The notes below the pieces were generated by a model. It was not told the origin of the DNA. It worked only from the letters and a program-made list of their open reading frames with translations, and searched no databases. A stretch of DNA of 63,513 nucleotides, filler included, from a bacterium (GTDB lineage Bacteria; JBBIVP01), in assembly GCA_037439705.1 (NCBI GenBank). It is 3 parts of 3 records of this genome, joined end to end, with 100 filler letters (N's around TTAATTAATTAA, not from the genome) between each part and the next. Parts side by side here need not be neighbours in the genome. Positions count along the whole stretch, not along the records: positions 1 to 23,430 come from JBBIVP010000009.1; 2 more parts are not named here. One strand, given 5' to 3'. Made by a program: the position numbers and the translations under genes. This document shows positions 10,126-20,928 of this stretch, piece by piece. How positions within the stretch are numbered: the stretch's first letter is position 1; every line of letters begins with the position of its first letter.

Positions 10126-11633
10126 CAGGATTTAAACCTTTTGTCAAACTCCTTCAAAGCGGTGTTCAGTTTTTGTTTTATTTCTTCTGTAAGCTCTTTT
10201 TTCGTTCTAAGCTCATTTAATAAGTTTTGGTAATTTTCGTCAAGGAACTTATAAAGTTCTTTTTCGTATCTCTTCAATGAAGAAACCGGATATTCATCCA
10301 CATACCCATTCGTTCCCGCATATATTATGATTATCTGTTTTTCAACAGGCAGGGGTTTGTACTGCTCCTGTTTCAATAGCTCCGTCAATCTTTCTCCCCT
10401 GTGAAGAAGTTTCTGAGTAGCCCTGTCAAGCTCACTTCCAAACTGGGCAAAAGCAGCAAGTTCTCTGTACTGTGCAAGTTCAAGCCTCAGTCTTCCAGCA
10501 ACCTGTTTCATAGCCTTTATCTGTGCAGCACCTCCAACCCTTGAAACTGAAAGCCCCACATTTATAGCCGGTCTTATTCCAGCGTAAAAAAGGTCGGATT
10601 CAAGATATATCTGACCATCGGTTATGGATATAACATTTGTTGGTATATAAGCCGAGATATCTCCAGCCTGCGTTTCTATAATTGGAAGGGCTGTCAAAGA
10701 ACCTCCTCCATCTTCGTCTCTGAGCTTCGCAGCCCTTTCAAGCAACCTTGAATGAAGATAGAAAATGTCTCCTGGATAAGCTTCTCTTCCAGGTGGTCTT
10801 CTCAAAAGAAGTGCCAGCTGTCTATATGCAACTGCGTGTTTTGAAAGGTCATCATATATCACGAGTGCATGCATACCATTATCTCTGAAGTATTCTCCCA
10901 TTGAGCATCCAGCATATGGAGCAATAAACTGAAGGGGAGCAGGCTCACTTGCTGTAGCTGATACCACAATTGTCCATTCCATTGCTCCAAACTCCCTCAA
11001 TTTCTCTACCACCTGAGCCACTGTAGAACGTTTCTGTCCGATTGCCACATATATACAATATACTCCTGAATCCCTCTGGTTTATTATTGTATCAATAACT
11101 ATGGCAGTTTTACCCGTTTGTCTATCGCCTATTATCAGTTCCCTCTGTCCCCTTCCAATAGGTATCATTGCGTCTATGGATTTTATTCCTGTCTGAAGAG
11201 GTTCCTTAACAGGTCTTCTATAAATTATTCCCGGAGCCTTTAACTCTATTCTCCTTGTCATCTTTGCATTTATAGGACCCTTTCCATCTATAGGTTCTCC
11301 CAGAGCATTAACCACCCTTCCTATAAGTTCTTTTCCAACAGGAACTTCAGCAATCCTTCCAGTCCTCTTAACAACGCTTTCCTCCTTTATCCCCTTTTCC
11401 TCGCCCATTATTGCTATTCCAACAGTCTCATCTTCAAGGTTCAAAACTATTCCCTTTACTCCATTTTCAAACTCCACAAGTTCCCCTACCATCACATTTT
11501 TCAAACCGTAGGCTCTGGCAATTCCGTCACCTACACTCAAAACAATCCCTGTCTCTGCCACCTCAACCTTAGGGGTATATCCCTTTATCTTCTCCCTTAA
11601 AACTCTTGTAAGTTCATCAGGTGTTATTTTCAT
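10125..11633 (-). CDS. atpA: ATP synthase F1 alpha subunit
   Basis: GDRQTGKT and [21 protein letters not shown]. Confidence 0.99.
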   Translation of the reverse strand: MKITPDELTRVLREKIKGYTPKVEVAETGIVLSVGDGIARAYGLKNVMVGELVEFENGVKGIVLNLEDETVGIAIMGEEKGIKEESVVKRTGRIAEVPVGKELIGRVVNALGEPIDGKGPINAKMTRRIELKAPGIIYRRPVKEPLQTGIKSIDAMIPIGRGQRELIIGDRQTGKTAIVIDTIINQRDSGVYCIYVAIGQKRSTVAQVVEKLREFGAMEWTIVVSATASEPAPLQFIAPYAGCSMGEYFRDNGMHALVIYDDLSKHAVAYRQLALLLRRPPGREAYPGDIFYLHSRLLERAAKLRDEDGGGSLTALPIIETQAGDISAYIPTNVISITDGQIYLESDLFYAGIRPAINVGLSVSRVGGAAQIKAMKQVAGRLRLELAQYRELAAFAQFGSELDRATQKLLHRGERLTELLKQEQYKPLPVEKQIIIIYAGTNGYVDEYPVSSLKRYEKELYKFLDENYQNLLNELRTKKELTEEIKQKLNTALKEFDKRFKS

Positions 11634-11635
11634 CT

Positions 11636-12169
11636 TTACTCTCCTTTAAAAGTTTCTACAAAATTCCTCATTTTTTTCAAAATAGAATTGTCAATCAAAA
11701 GGTCTCCAATTTTAATAATTATCCCGCCTATAATTTCTTTATCCACTTCTTTTTTAAGAAAAACCTCCTTTCCCGACCATTCCTTAATCCTTTCTTTAAG
11801 GGCTTCCTCCTCAAATTCATTCAATTCCCTTGCTGTTTTTACTTCCGCAACCACATATCCCTTTTCCTCCATGTATAATTGGGTATAATAAGAAATAAAA
11901 ACCGGGATGTAGCGCGCCTTATTCTTTTCAACAAGAAGAAGAAGGGTATTTGTGATAAAAGGGTGAAACCTGAGCCTTTCCTGCAAGTCTTTAATTAAAT
12001 CTACCTTGTGTTCAAATACAACAGTGGGAAGAGAAAGAAATTCCATTATTTCTTTGTCCAAAGTTTTCTCCAGTTCATTTATTTCCCTTAAAATTTCATC
12101 TGACAGGTTTTCCTCCTTTGAAACCTCAAACAGTGCCTTTGCATATTTTCTGGCAATACTTCCTTTCAT
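11636..12169 (-). CDS. atpH: ATP synthase F1 delta subunit
   Basis: [21 protein letters not shown]; position in operon. Confidence 0.93.
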   Translation of the reverse strand: MKGSIARKYAKALFEVSKEENLSDEILREINELEKTLDKEIMEFLSLPTVVFEHKVDLIKDLQERLRFHPFITNTLLLLVEKNKARYIPVFISYYTQLYMEEKGYVVAEVKTARELNEFEEEALKERIKEWSGKEVFLKKEVDKEIIGGIIIKIGDLLIDNSILKKMRNFVETFKGE

Positions 12170-12657
12170 CTTTTAATGGATGCTAAAGCTTCTTGAAAAA
12201 GTTTTTTTTCCTTTTCTTCGGTAAATTTCTGTGCGATAATCCTCTTTGTAATCTCCATTGCCATATCAATTATTTCCTTCTGAACGGTGGAAATAGCCCT
12301 CTCGTATTCCGCACTTATTAACAGGTCAATTGTTTCCTCAAACCTTTTAGATGAATCCATTATTTTTCTTCTGTGATTTTCTACAGCTCTTTCTATTTCC
12401 TCAATTGCCTTCTTCTTTATCTCCTCCATTTCTCTTTCCAAACCTCTCAATTTTTCAAGATATTCCATCTTCATCTTCTCCACTTCCTCTCTTTCCATTT
12501 TTAAAGTAGAAAACTCGTTTTTTATTGCCTCCCCTCTATTTTTTACTGCCTCTATTATCTTTTTCCTCCCAAACAGGAATAGGACGGTTATAAGGATAAA
12601 AAAGTTGATGGTTGTAAAAAGGAGATGGATTCCAAAACCATAACCTTCTTCCATCAT
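12166..12657 (-). CDS. atpF: ATP synthase Fo subunit b
   Basis: Single N-terminal TM (INFFIL) followed by a charged coiled coil; upstream of atpH. Confidence 0.85.
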   Translation of the reverse strand: MMEEGYGFGIHLLFTTINFFILITVLFLFGRKKIIEAVKNRGEAIKNEFSTLKMEREEVEKMKMEYLEKLRGLEREMEEIKKKAIEEIERAVENHRRKIMDSSKRFEETIDLLISAEYERAISTVQKEIIDMAMEITKRIIAQKFTEEKEKKLFQEALASIKR

Positions 12658-13076
12658 TTCTCCTCCAGAATTTTTTCAACAATGATATAAGCCATCTCGC
12701 TTGCAATTTTCTCTTTGTTATTTCTCAGCTCCTCCATATCTCTCATTATCATTACCCTCATTTTTTTTAACTTTTCCTGAAGGTTCGCTCTCAATCTCTC
12801 CATTTCTTCTTTTTCAAAAATCCTAACCTCTTCCATCTTCTTTTCCCTTATAGTTTTGATTTCTTCTTCAACCTTCAACATACTTTTTCTGTATTCCTCC
12901 TTCAGCGTTTCAACCTCTTTCTTCAGTTCTTCAGTCTCAGAAACAAGCTTTTCCTTCCTTTTCCTTCTTTCTTCAAGAATTGAGGCAATGGGTTTTATTG
13001 CAAAATTTGATATTACTATCGCTGTCAGAACATAAATTAAACCGCTTATAAATGCTGTCCAGTTAAGTTCCATCAT
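12654..13076 (-). CDS. ATP synthase Fo subunit b'
   Basis: N-terminal TM, KPIASILEER, coiled coil; in tandem with atpF. Confidence 0.82.
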   Translation of the reverse strand: MMELNWTAFISGLIYVLTAIVISNFAIKPIASILEERRKRKEKLVSETEELKKEVETLKEEYRKSMLKVEEEIKTIREKKMEEVRIFEKEEMERLRANLQEKLKKMRVMIMRDMEELRNNKEKIASEMAYIIVEKILEEK

Positions 13077-13114
13077 TTCTGACTTAGTAAATGTTATTTG
13101 TTAAAAAAAATTAT

Positions 13115-13510
13115 TCAAGAAATATGTATAAACTCCTTTTCTTCAGGAAAACTGCCCACCTTCCTTTCCATTTTGCAGGTTCCGTTGAACAATGCCCCTT
13201 CCTCAACAACCAGAACTTTTGTTTGAATATCTCCAACAACCCTTGCAGTTGCCCTCAGAAATACTTTTCCAGATGAAATTATGTTTCCCTCTATAATTCC
13301 TGCAGCCTCAAGTTCATCAACTTCTATGGCTGCCCTTACCTCAGCCCTTTCTCCCACTATGAGTTTTCCCTTCGTAAAAATTTCTCCTACAAAATAACCA
13401 TCAATCCGCACCGTTCCCTCAAAGAACAGTTTTCCTTCAAATCTGCTTCCCGGACCGAGGACTGTGTGAATCTCATCAACAATTACTTTCTCTCCTTTTA
13501 ATTTCAACAT
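13115..13510 (-). CDS. Bactofilin (polymer-forming cytoskeletal protein)
   Basis: TVLGPGSRFEGKL...VRIDG...VVEEGALFNGTCKM beta-helix pattern. Confidence 0.9.
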   Translation of the reverse strand: MLKLKGEKVIVDEIHTVLGPGSRFEGKLFFEGTVRIDGYFVGEIFTKGKLIVGERAEVRAAIEVDELEAAGIIEGNIISSGKVFLRATARVVGDIQTKVLVVEEGALFNGTCKMERKVGSFPEEKEFIHIS

Positions 13511-13520
13511 CTTTTCCTCC

Positions 13521-14180
13521 TTACATTGGAATAACTGGAAGTTTTATTTCTTTCCTTTTCTTCAATATATCGTTCATGGTAAGGTTTACAGCATTCAGTA
13601 TGACATACCCATCAATAAAATCAAGGATATTGATGCAGGCATAGTCCTGTTCAATGAGAGAAAAAGATGTGTATGGAAGTTCAAGAAAATGGATGAGAAT
13701 GATCCTGTTTACCCCTCCATGTGCGACAATACCTATCCTTTCCGCAGGGTCTTCTCTTAAAATTCTTTCTATTACCGGTATTACCCTTCTTTCCAGTTCA
13801 ATCATATTTTCTCCACCGGGAAACTTTTCGTGAGGAAGGATTTTTCTGAAACCGGTCAAAATCGGGGAATTTTTAAGAATCTCCTGTGCTTCAAGAACAT
13901 GTGTGTTTTCAATATCTCCTGTGGAAAACTCCCTCAGGAGCGGTTCTACCTTTACAGGAATTCCTGTTTTTTTGCTTATTATCTCTGCAGTCTCAAGTGC
14001 TCTTAAAGCATCTGATGACCAGAGACTTTCAATGCCAACTTCCTTTATACCTTCCGCAAGAAATTCTGCCTGTTTCTTTCCGGCTTCTGAAAGCGAATTC
14101 CCTGGGTAAGTCCTGATAATTCCATCCTCCCCTATCGGAAATGCGTGAGCATGTCTTATCAGATACAATCTCTTCCTCAT
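13521..14180 (-). CDS. Histidine phosphatase family protein (CobC/GpmB-like)
   Basis: LIRHA, SSDALRALETA, FPGGE, VAHGGVNR. Confidence 0.88.
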   Translation of the reverse strand: MRKRLYLIRHAHAFPIGEDGIIRTYPGNSLSEAGKKQAEFLAEGIKEVGIESLWSSDALRALETAEIISKKTGIPVKVEPLLREFSTGDIENTHVLEAQEILKNSPILTGFRKILPHEKFPGGENMIELERRVIPVIERILREDPAERIGIVAHGGVNRIILIHFLELPYTSFSLIEQDYACINILDFIDGYVILNAVNLTMNDILKKRKEIKLPVIPM

Positions 14181-14211
14181 CCGAAAAATGATTCAGTTTC
14201 TTATTTAAAGC

Positions 14212-14415
14212 TCAATTTTTGTTGGTTGTGTCCTTTTTATCTACTTCCTTATTTTCCTCTTTTCCAGGCTCTATTTCCTTTGAGGAAAGTGCTTTCTTGA
14301 ATTCCCTTATCGCCTTTCCAAGCCCTGAAGCAAGTTCTGGAAGTCTCTTTCCTCCAAAAAGAAGCATTATGATAAAAAGAATAAGAAGTATCTCTGTCCA
14401 TCCTATATTCATCAT
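14212..14415 (-). CDS. tatA: Twin-arginine translocase subunit TatA/E
   Basis: IGWTEILLI...[23 protein letters not shown]; start moved to ATG 14415, downstream of an AAGGAG SD. Confidence 0.93.
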   Translation of the reverse strand: MMNIGWTEILLILFIIMLLFGGKRLPELASGLGKAIREFKKALSSKEIEPGKEENKEVDKKDTTNKN

Positions 14416-14450
14416 TTTTATTTTACTCCTTTTATTTTCATAAAGCAATT

Positions 14451-15971
14451 TCAGTGTTTGAAGTGTCTTATGCCAGTAAAGACCATAGCAATTTTCCTTT
14501 CATCAGCAGCCTTTATAACCTCTTCATCTCTTACGGAACCTCCGGGCTGGATTATCGCCTTTACTCCAGCATCAGCGAGCACATCAACACCATCCCTGAA
14601 GGGAAAGAAGGCATCAGAAGCAGCCACGCTGTCCTTCAGCGGAAGAAGCGCCTTCATCACAGCTATTTTTGCTGAATCAACCCTTGACATCTGTCCAGCA
14701 CCAACCCCGACGAGCTGTGTTCCCCTCGCTATAACAATGGCATTGGATTTTACATATTTGCACACCTTCCATGCAAAAAGAAGGGATTCCATCTGAGCCT
14801 TTGTAGGTTTTACCTTTGTTACAACCTTAATGGATTTTTTATCATAATCAATCCTGTCCGTATCCTGAATGAGGTAACCTCCGGGCACACTTCTGAGTTC
14901 TACCTTATAATTTTTTAATTCCTTGAAATTTACCCTTACAAGCCTCAGATTTTTTTTCGCTGTTAGGATTGAAAGGGCTTTTTCGCTGAATTGAGGGGCT
15001 ACAATCACCTCAAGAAATGTTTCTGAAAGGAGTTTTGCAGTTTCCTCATCCACTGCTCTGTTCAATCCCACTATTCCTCCGAATGCTGAAACAGGGTCTG
15101 TTTGCCTCGCATTTTTATAAGCCTCTGAGAGAGTCTTTGCACATGCCACTCCGCAGGGATTCGTGTGCTTTATAATAACAGCAGTGGGGTTTTCAAACTC
15201 CGAAACAAGAAGGACCGCAGAACTCATATCAATTATGTTGTTGTATGAAAGTTCCTTCCCGTGAATCTGCTCATATATCTTTTCTGATTGTGAAACATAA
15301 AGTGCAGCCTTCTGATGTGGATTCTCTCCGTATCTCAAATCTTCAACTTTTTTCAGAACAAAAAATTTCTTATCCGCATCAAGTTTTCTCATTTTTAAGA
15401 GATGGCAAAATATAAATGCATCGTATTCCGCTGTAAGGGAAAAAGCCTTGAGTGCCAGTTTAAACCTGTCCTTTTCAGATATCTTCCCCTTTCTCAATCC
15501 ATCAAGCACCCATTGATAATCCTTGGGGTCCACAATCACAAGAACATCTTTATAATTCTTTGCTGATGCCCTCACCATACTTGGACCACCTATATCAATG
15601 TATTCTATGAGTTCTCCAATTGAACGAATTTTCTTGCTCATTTCATCAAAGGGATAGAAATTTACAACAACCATATCTATTGGTTCTATTACCATCTTTT
15701 TGAGTGTAACCATATCCTCATCCACATCCCTCCTTGCGAGAATTCCTGCATAGATAAATGTGTGAAGGGTTTTTACCCTTTTGTTTAAAATTTCTGGATA
15801 ACCTGTAAGTTCGCTCACTCCCTTAACGCTCATTCCTGAACTTTTGAGAAGAGAAGCAGTCCCGCCAGTGGAGATGATATTAATCCCTAATTCAGAGAGC
15901 CCCTTACAGAACTCCACAATTCCTCTTTTGTCCCATACACTAACAAGCGCATTTTTCACCTTCATCTTCAC
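14451..15971 (-). CDS. purH: Bifunctional AICAR transformylase / IMP cyclohydrolase
   Basis: [43 protein letters not shown]. Confidence 0.98.
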   Translation of the reverse strand: MKMKVKNALVSVWDKRGIVEFCKGLSELGINIISTGGTASLLKSSGMSVKGVSELTGYPEILNKRVKTLHTFIYAGILARRDVDEDMVTLKKMVIEPIDMVVVNFYPFDEMSKKIRSIGELIEYIDIGGPSMVRASAKNYKDVLVIVDPKDYQWVLDGLRKGKISEKDRFKLALKAFSLTAEYDAFIFCHLLKMRKLDADKKFFVLKKVEDLRYGENPHQKAALYVSQSEKIYEQIHGKELSYNNIIDMSSAVLLVSEFENPTAVIIKHTNPCGVACAKTLSEAYKNARQTDPVSAFGGIVGLNRAVDEETAKLLSETFLEVIVAPQFSEKALSILTAKKNLRLVRVNFKELKNYKVELRSVPGGYLIQDTDRIDYDKKSIKVVTKVKPTKAQMESLLFAWKVCKYVKSNAIVIARGTQLVGVGAGQMSRVDSAKIAVMKALLPLKDSVAASDAFFPFRDGVDVLADAGVKAIIQPGGSVRDEEVIKAADERKIAMVFTGIRHFKH

Positions 15972-15983
15972 CTCCTTCTAGTT

Positions 15984-17372
15984 TTAAAAGGAACTGCCTG
16001 CAACCGCTGATGTCGCAGCGAGTCCGAGTATTTTCTTAAGGTCTTCGTCGCTGAAGACTATTCCAAGCCCTGCAAAAAACCTTCTGTTTTTGGACCGTGT
16101 ATCTATGAGGTAATCCCCACCTGCTGTGATAAAGAAGTATTTGTAAAGTGTGATATCAAGATATGCTTTTAAAGCAGGGTTTGTCTTTCTTAAAAAATCA
16201 TAGCATTCCATGGTAAAAGATATATAATCCTTTAAAAGGCCAATGTCAACTCCAATTCCTCCAGTTGATTCAATTATTCCTCCTCTGAACCGAAATTTCC
16301 ACAACTTCATGGCATAATATAAGGAAAAACTCAATGTCCTTTCACCGGTAAGGTCTTTTGTTTCAGATGACCACTCCGGAACGCTCTCTATATCAAGTTC
16401 ATAATACTTCTTCTCGTTTGGCTGAAGCCTTATACCGAAAAAATGCTTTGATGATTCACCATCAAACCATATTTCTCCCCTGTATTTCAAAGACAACTGC
16501 CATCTCTGTGTCGCCGATGTCATCTCTTTTAAGGAGGTAAGTGTATCCTCTATCTTCTTTGCAGTTTCCTCATCGCTGATGAGTTTTCCGAGTGTTCCTT
16601 TTCCGCTCTCAATATCATTAAGTATCCGCTCAACCTGAGCAATTGCCCTGTCAAGTTTTTCTGAAAACTCCTTAGCCTTTTTCACTGTTTCCCTCAAGTC
16701 CTCTCTGTTTTCTGTAATTGCGGAATTCGCTTTGTCTATAAAATCTCTCAACTTCTCCGCATCTTCTTTAAGAACAGATACAAGACTTTTGAAATCCTCA
16801 TCCACCCCCTTTGTCATACTTTTTACATTTTCAAAAAATTCAGAAACATTATCAACGAGATGAGATAGCCTCTCTTCCCCTTCTTTCTCGCCGAGTGATT
16901 TTTTCAGGCTTTCTGTGACACTTTTTATGTCTTCTTCTATTTCGTAAGCCTTCTGCATAAGATAATCCATATCAACAGGAACCCTGGTTTTCTCTATGAA
17001 ATCTCCATCCTTCAACTCTCCGCTTTCTGGAGTTCCGTGTGAGAGGTCTATATAGGCTGAACCAAGAACCCCCTTTGTCTTTATGGTAGCCACTGTATCC
17101 CTGTTTACCCTTACTCCCTTTTTTATCCTCATTTTAACAAGAATTTTCCCATCCTTGTATTCAAGGCTTTCAACAACTCCAACCTTCAATCCCTCAAGAT
17201 GAACAGGAGTGGCTTCATATACTCCTGCTACATTTTCAAAATATGCGTTTAAAGTATAACCGCTTTTCCTTTCAGGATAATGACTGAGTTCAAATGTCAT
17301 GTAAATAAAAAAAGCAAGAACAAGAAAGACAAAAACTCCAACCTTCGCCTCAATAGAAAGTCCCTTTTTCAA
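15984..17372 (-). CDS. mlaD: MCE/MlaD family protein with coiled coil and C-terminal beta-rich domain
   Basis: EAKVGVFV TM, MCE domain (GLKVGVVE...GVLGSAYIDL), GKGTLGKL. Confidence 0.85.
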   Translation of the reverse strand: MKKGLSIEAKVGVFVFLVLAFFIYMTFELSHYPERKSGYTLNAYFENVAGVYEATPVHLEGLKVGVVESLEYKDGKILVKMRIKKGVRVNRDTVATIKTKGVLGSAYIDLSHGTPESGELKDGDFIEKTRVPVDMDYLMQKAYEIEEDIKSVTESLKKSLGEKEGEERLSHLVDNVSEFFENVKSMTKGVDEDFKSLVSVLKEDAEKLRDFIDKANSAITENREDLRETVKKAKEFSEKLDRAIAQVERILNDIESGKGTLGKLISDEETAKKIEDTLTSLKEMTSATQRWQLSLKYRGEIWFDGESSKHFFGIRLQPNEKKYYELDIESVPEWSSETKDLTGERTLSFSLYYAMKLWKFRFRGGIIESTGGIGVDIGLLKDYISFTMECYDFLRKTNPALKAYLDITLYKYFFITAGGDYLIDTRSKNRRFFAGLGIVFSDEDLKKILGLAATSAVAGSSF

Positions 17373-18109
17373 GTCAGAACCTCTAATCCCTTAATCTCTA
17401 AAAATCTTTTAACAGTTTCATTTTTTGAATTCATTATTCCTTCAGGACTTCCTGTTTCAACAATTTTTCCATCCTCCATCATAGCAATTTTATCTGCAAT
17501 TCTAAATGTGGAAGCAATATCATGTGTTATAACAATAAAGGTTAAATTGAATCTCCTCTGTGTCTCCTTCATCAGCATGTCAATAGAATAGGCAGTAGGA
17601 GGGTCAACACCTGTTGTGGGCTCATCAAAAATTATGTATTCAGGGTCAAGTGCCATAGCCCTGGCAAGTCCGACCCTTTTCTTCATCCCTCCGCTCAATT
17701 CAGATGGATAAAGGGACTCAACATCCTTAAGCCCAACAACCTCTAATTTTTCCTTGGCCCTTTTTTTAATCTCCTCTTCAGAAAAATTTGAATGCTCTCT
17801 CATGGGGAATGCTACATTTTCCTCCACAGTCATTGAGTCAAAAAGGGCTGAGCCCTGAAAGAGCATGCCAAATTTTTTCACAATATCTTTCATCTTCCTC
17901 CATGAAAGTGATGTTATCTCCACTCCGTCTATATAGATTTTACCCCTGTCCGGTTTAAGGAGACCAATTATGTGTTTCACAAAAACAGTCTTACCACATC
18001 CAGACCTTCCAAGAATAACCGTTATCTTCCCCTTTTCAATCACAAGATTTATCCCTTTAAGAACATGATGGTCTCCAAACCACTTATGGAGGTATTCTAT
18101 AACAATCAT
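17369..18109 (-). CDS. mlaF: MlaF-like ABC transporter ATP-binding protein
   Basis: GRSGCGKT, FQGSALFDSM, LSGGMKKRVGLARA. Confidence 0.92.
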   Translation of the reverse strand: MIVIEYLHKWFGDHHVLKGINLVIEKGKITVILGRSGCGKTVFVKHIIGLLKPDRGKIYIDGVEITSLSWRKMKDIVKKFGMLFQGSALFDSMTVEENVAFPMREHSNFSEEEIKKRAKEKLEVVGLKDVESLYPSELSGGMKKRVGLARAMALDPEYIIFDEPTTGVDPPTAYSIDMLMKETQRRFNLTFIVITHDIASTFRIADKIAMMEDGKIVETGSPEGIMNSKNETVKRFLEIKGLEVLT

Positions 18110-18897
18110 GTCATAAATGCGGTAAGAAGGTAATCGCTCAAAAATATGAGGACAGAACTCAAAACAACGGAATGAGTGGCTGACATTCCTACCCCTCTTG
18201 CTCCGCCTTCTGCCTTCATCCCATTATAACAGCTTATGACCCCGATTAAATATCCAAAGAAAAAAGCCTTTTTTATTCCCATCCACATATCAGAGGTCTC
18301 AACATAATACTTCACCTGGTCAATGAAAACCTGAGGGGTTACGCCTACAATGCCCACAGTCACTATATAACACCCGAGTGTGCCTATGAAAGAAAATACA
18401 ATTGAAAGCATTGGAACAGCAAAGGTACTGGCAACCACCCTCGGAACAGCAAGATAGTGAACCGGTTCTACTGCCATTGTCCACAAAGCATCAATCTGCT
18501 CTGTAACCTTCATGGTCCCGAGTTCAGCTGCCATTGCAGAACCTGCCCTTCCTGTCACCATGAGGGCTGAGAGAACTGGAGAAAGTTCTCTTGTGAGTGC
18601 AAGAACAACCGTTGGACCTATGAGATATTCTGCACGAAATAGTTTGAATGCATGAGAGCTCTGAAGAGCAAAAACCATTCCTGTAAACAATCCCGTGAGT
18701 GTAATAATAAAAATTGATTGTGCGCCTATGAATTCCATCTGTTTGAGAAAAAGTCTGACCCTGTAGGGAGGAAAGAAAAAAAGGTATATAACCCTTAATC
18801 CTAAGAGAAGAAGACCACCTGCCTCTTCAAGAGCCTTTATTACAGCCCTTCCAACAATGCTGAATATCCTTTCCACCATATAATTCAACTTCTCCAA
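18106..18897 (-). CDS. mlaE: MlaE family ABC permease
   Basis: RELSPVL, GRAGSAMAAELGTMKVTEQIDAL, GGARGVG. Confidence 0.93.
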   Translation of the reverse strand: MEKLNYMVERIFSIVGRAVIKALEEAGGLLLLGLRVIYLFFFPPYRVRLFLKQMEFIGAQSIFIITLTGLFTGMVFALQSSHAFKLFRAEYLIGPTVVLALTRELSPVLSALMVTGRAGSAMAAELGTMKVTEQIDALWTMAVEPVHYLAVPRVVASTFAVPMLSIVFSFIGTLGCYIVTVGIVGVTPQVFIDQVKYYVETSDMWMGIKKAFFFGYLIGVISCYNGMKAEGGARGVGMSATHSVVLSSVLIFLSDYLLTAFMT

Positions 18898-19014
18898 AAG
18901 TTTTATTCTATTTTAGTTCAGAAAAATCCTAAATTCAAAATAAGGTTTGAGGTGGTTTGAAAAAAACTGTTAAAATCCTTTCTTCAAAATATGCATTCAA
19001 CTTTTCCGAAAAAT

Positions 19015-19623
19015 TTATTTATTATTTATTTCTGTTTTCAGTCTGCTGGTTCTTAATTTTTCTGCGATAATAACTGCCTTTAAATTTTTATAAGCAGATT
19101 TCAGGTCATTGTTCACGATGAGATAGTCGTATTCAGGAATATATTCCATTTCTTTTCTGGCAATCTCCATCCTTCTCCGGATTTCTTCTTCCGAAATGTC
19201 TCCTCTTTTCCTCAGTCTGTTTTTCAGTTCGTCAATAGATGGGGGGGAGACAAATATAAGAACGGGCTTTAAACTGCTTTTTTTTACCTTCATAGCTCCT
19301 TGAACATCTATTTCAAGGATGATGTCTAATCCCTTTCTTTTTGCCTCCTCTATGTTTTTCCTGGGAGTGCCATAGTAATACCCGTGCACGGGAGCCCATT
19401 CAAGAAATTCTCCATTTCTTACCATTTTCATAAATTCCTCTTCAGATACGAACCAGTAATCCTTTCCGTTTTTTTCCTTTCCCCTTTTTGGTCTTGTTGT
19501 CACCGAAATTGACCTGACAAGATTTTTAAAATTTTTAACGAGTTTCTTCCATAGGGTAGTTTTACCACTTCCGGATGGACCAGAAATAACAAACAGTATT
19601 CCTTCAGAGTATGTTCTGGGCAT
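19015..19623 (-). CDS. gmk: Guanylate kinase
   Basis: SGPSGSGKT, SVTTRPKR, YYGT, LEIDVQGA. Confidence 0.97.
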   Translation of the reverse strand: MPRTYSEGILFVISGPSGSGKTTLWKKLVKNFKNLVRSISVTTRPKRGKEKNGKDYWFVSEEEFMKMVRNGEFLEWAPVHGYYYGTPRKNIEEAKRKGLDIILEIDVQGAMKVKKSSLKPVLIFVSPPSIDELKNRLRKRGDISEEEIRRRMEIARKEMEYIPEYDYLIVNNDLKSAYKNLKAVIIAEKLRTSRLKTEINNK

Positions 19624-20407
19624 GTTCCCTCATCTTTTCAAGTTCGTTTTTTATTTCAATACTAATGAGGGAGATTTTAAAATTTTCTGCCTTGTTGGTT
19701 AAGGTTGTTACCTCCCTCAGCATCTCCTGCTGAATGAACTGGATTTTTTTACCCACTTCATTTCCTTCTATTACCCTTTTCAGAAGGTTAAGATGCGAGT
19801 TGAGCCTTGAAAACTCCTCAGAAAAATCCCTGTTCTTGAGAATCTCTTCTTTTTCAGGAAATTTTGAAACTTCTTTCATGAGCCTTTTTTCAATTATGTT
19901 TTTTAATTTTCCTATTTTCTTTATTGCCTTTTCAATTCTTACTATACTTTTTTTCATTTCCCTTTTTATCTTTTCCCCTTCCCTTTTTCTCATTTCGTCC
20001 ACTTTCTTTATTGTCATGAGCAAAATCCTTTCAAACTCTTTTTTTTCACTTTCTTTTAGCAGAGTTTCTTCTTCACCTCTTTCTTTCATAAATAATAGAA
20101 AATCAGAAAAGGAAGGTTTCAGGTTGTAACCGCTTTTCTTGTTAAAAATTTCAACGCTTTTCAAAAATTCTTTAATATGCTTATCTTCAGGAATTTTATC
20201 CCTTGAAATTGAAACCTTCACCAGTATTTTTCCTCTTTTCAATTTTTCTCTGATGATTTTTCTTACAGGAATTTCAAGGTCAAAGAGTTCTTCCGGAAGA
20301 GAGGTAAAAATTTCTATAAATCTGTGATTCAATGATGAAATCAAAATCTCCACAGTTTTGCCATTTAAGACCTTCCTTATCCTTCCAAATCCAGTCATAC
20401 TTTTCAT
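19604..20407 (-). CDS. yicC: YicC/YloC family endoribonuclease
   Basis: MKSMTGFGR, SLNHRFIE, QEMLREVTT, EKMREHAQNI. Confidence 0.9.
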   Translation of the reverse strand: MKSMTGFGRIRKVLNGKTVEILISSLNHRFIEIFTSLPEELFDLEIPVRKIIREKLKRGKILVKVSISRDKIPEDKHIKEFLKSVEIFNKKSGYNLKPSFSDFLLFMKERGEEETLLKESEKKEFERILLMTIKKVDEMRKREGEKIKREMKKSIVRIEKAIKKIGKLKNIIEKRLMKEVSKFPEKEEILKNRDFSEEFSRLNSHLNLLKRVIEGNEVGKKIQFIQQEMLREVTTLTNKAENFKISLISIEIKNELEKMREHAQNIL

Positions 20408-20928
20408 ATCCTTATTCTCCTTTTATATTCTTCTCTTTTAAGGTTAAAAATTTTTATAATTTTCTCGCTTCTGTAATCAGGGTATGTCCATGGAAGGGGC
20501 TCATAACTTCCTTTTCTGTAAATCAATGTTATTTCAGCAAAAACACCATTCCCGAGGTAGATTCTGTGAGAGTAATTTTTGAATGTGGATAGCACAATGT
20601 TTTCAAGTGTTAAATATCCCGGGTCTATGTTTACCTTTCTTTTTTCATTATCTGATAGTTGTCTTTCAATGGAATAGGAGAGATGCTTTAATCCAATTAT
20701 TTTTTCCCTCTCATTAAATTCCTCAAAAAACACAAAAATCCTTTTTAAAGGTTTTCCCATTTCTTCACAGTAGAAGTCAGTATAATTAAAATCCATCTCC
20801 TCAGATTTTTTTGAGATTTTCCAGCCATTCCGGGAAAGGAGTTCTATGGCTTCCTTTAAAGGTTCTTCTTTTTGATAGATTATGCTGGCAAAGAAATAGG
20901 CGGGTGGAGGAGGATTCGGATGGCTCAT
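20404..20928 (-). CDS. DUF4416 family protein
   Basis: TDFYCEEMG, RKVNIDPGY, KNYSHRIYLGNG, PWTYPDY. Confidence 0.85.
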   Translation of the reverse strand: MSHPNPPPPAYFFASIIYQKEEPLKEAIELLSRNGWKISKKSEEMDFNYTDFYCEEMGKPLKRIFVFFEEFNEREKIIGLKHLSYSIERQLSDNEKRKVNIDPGYLTLENIVLSTFKNYSHRIYLGNGVFAEITLIYRKGSYEPLPWTYPDYRSEKIIKIFNLKREEYKRRIRI

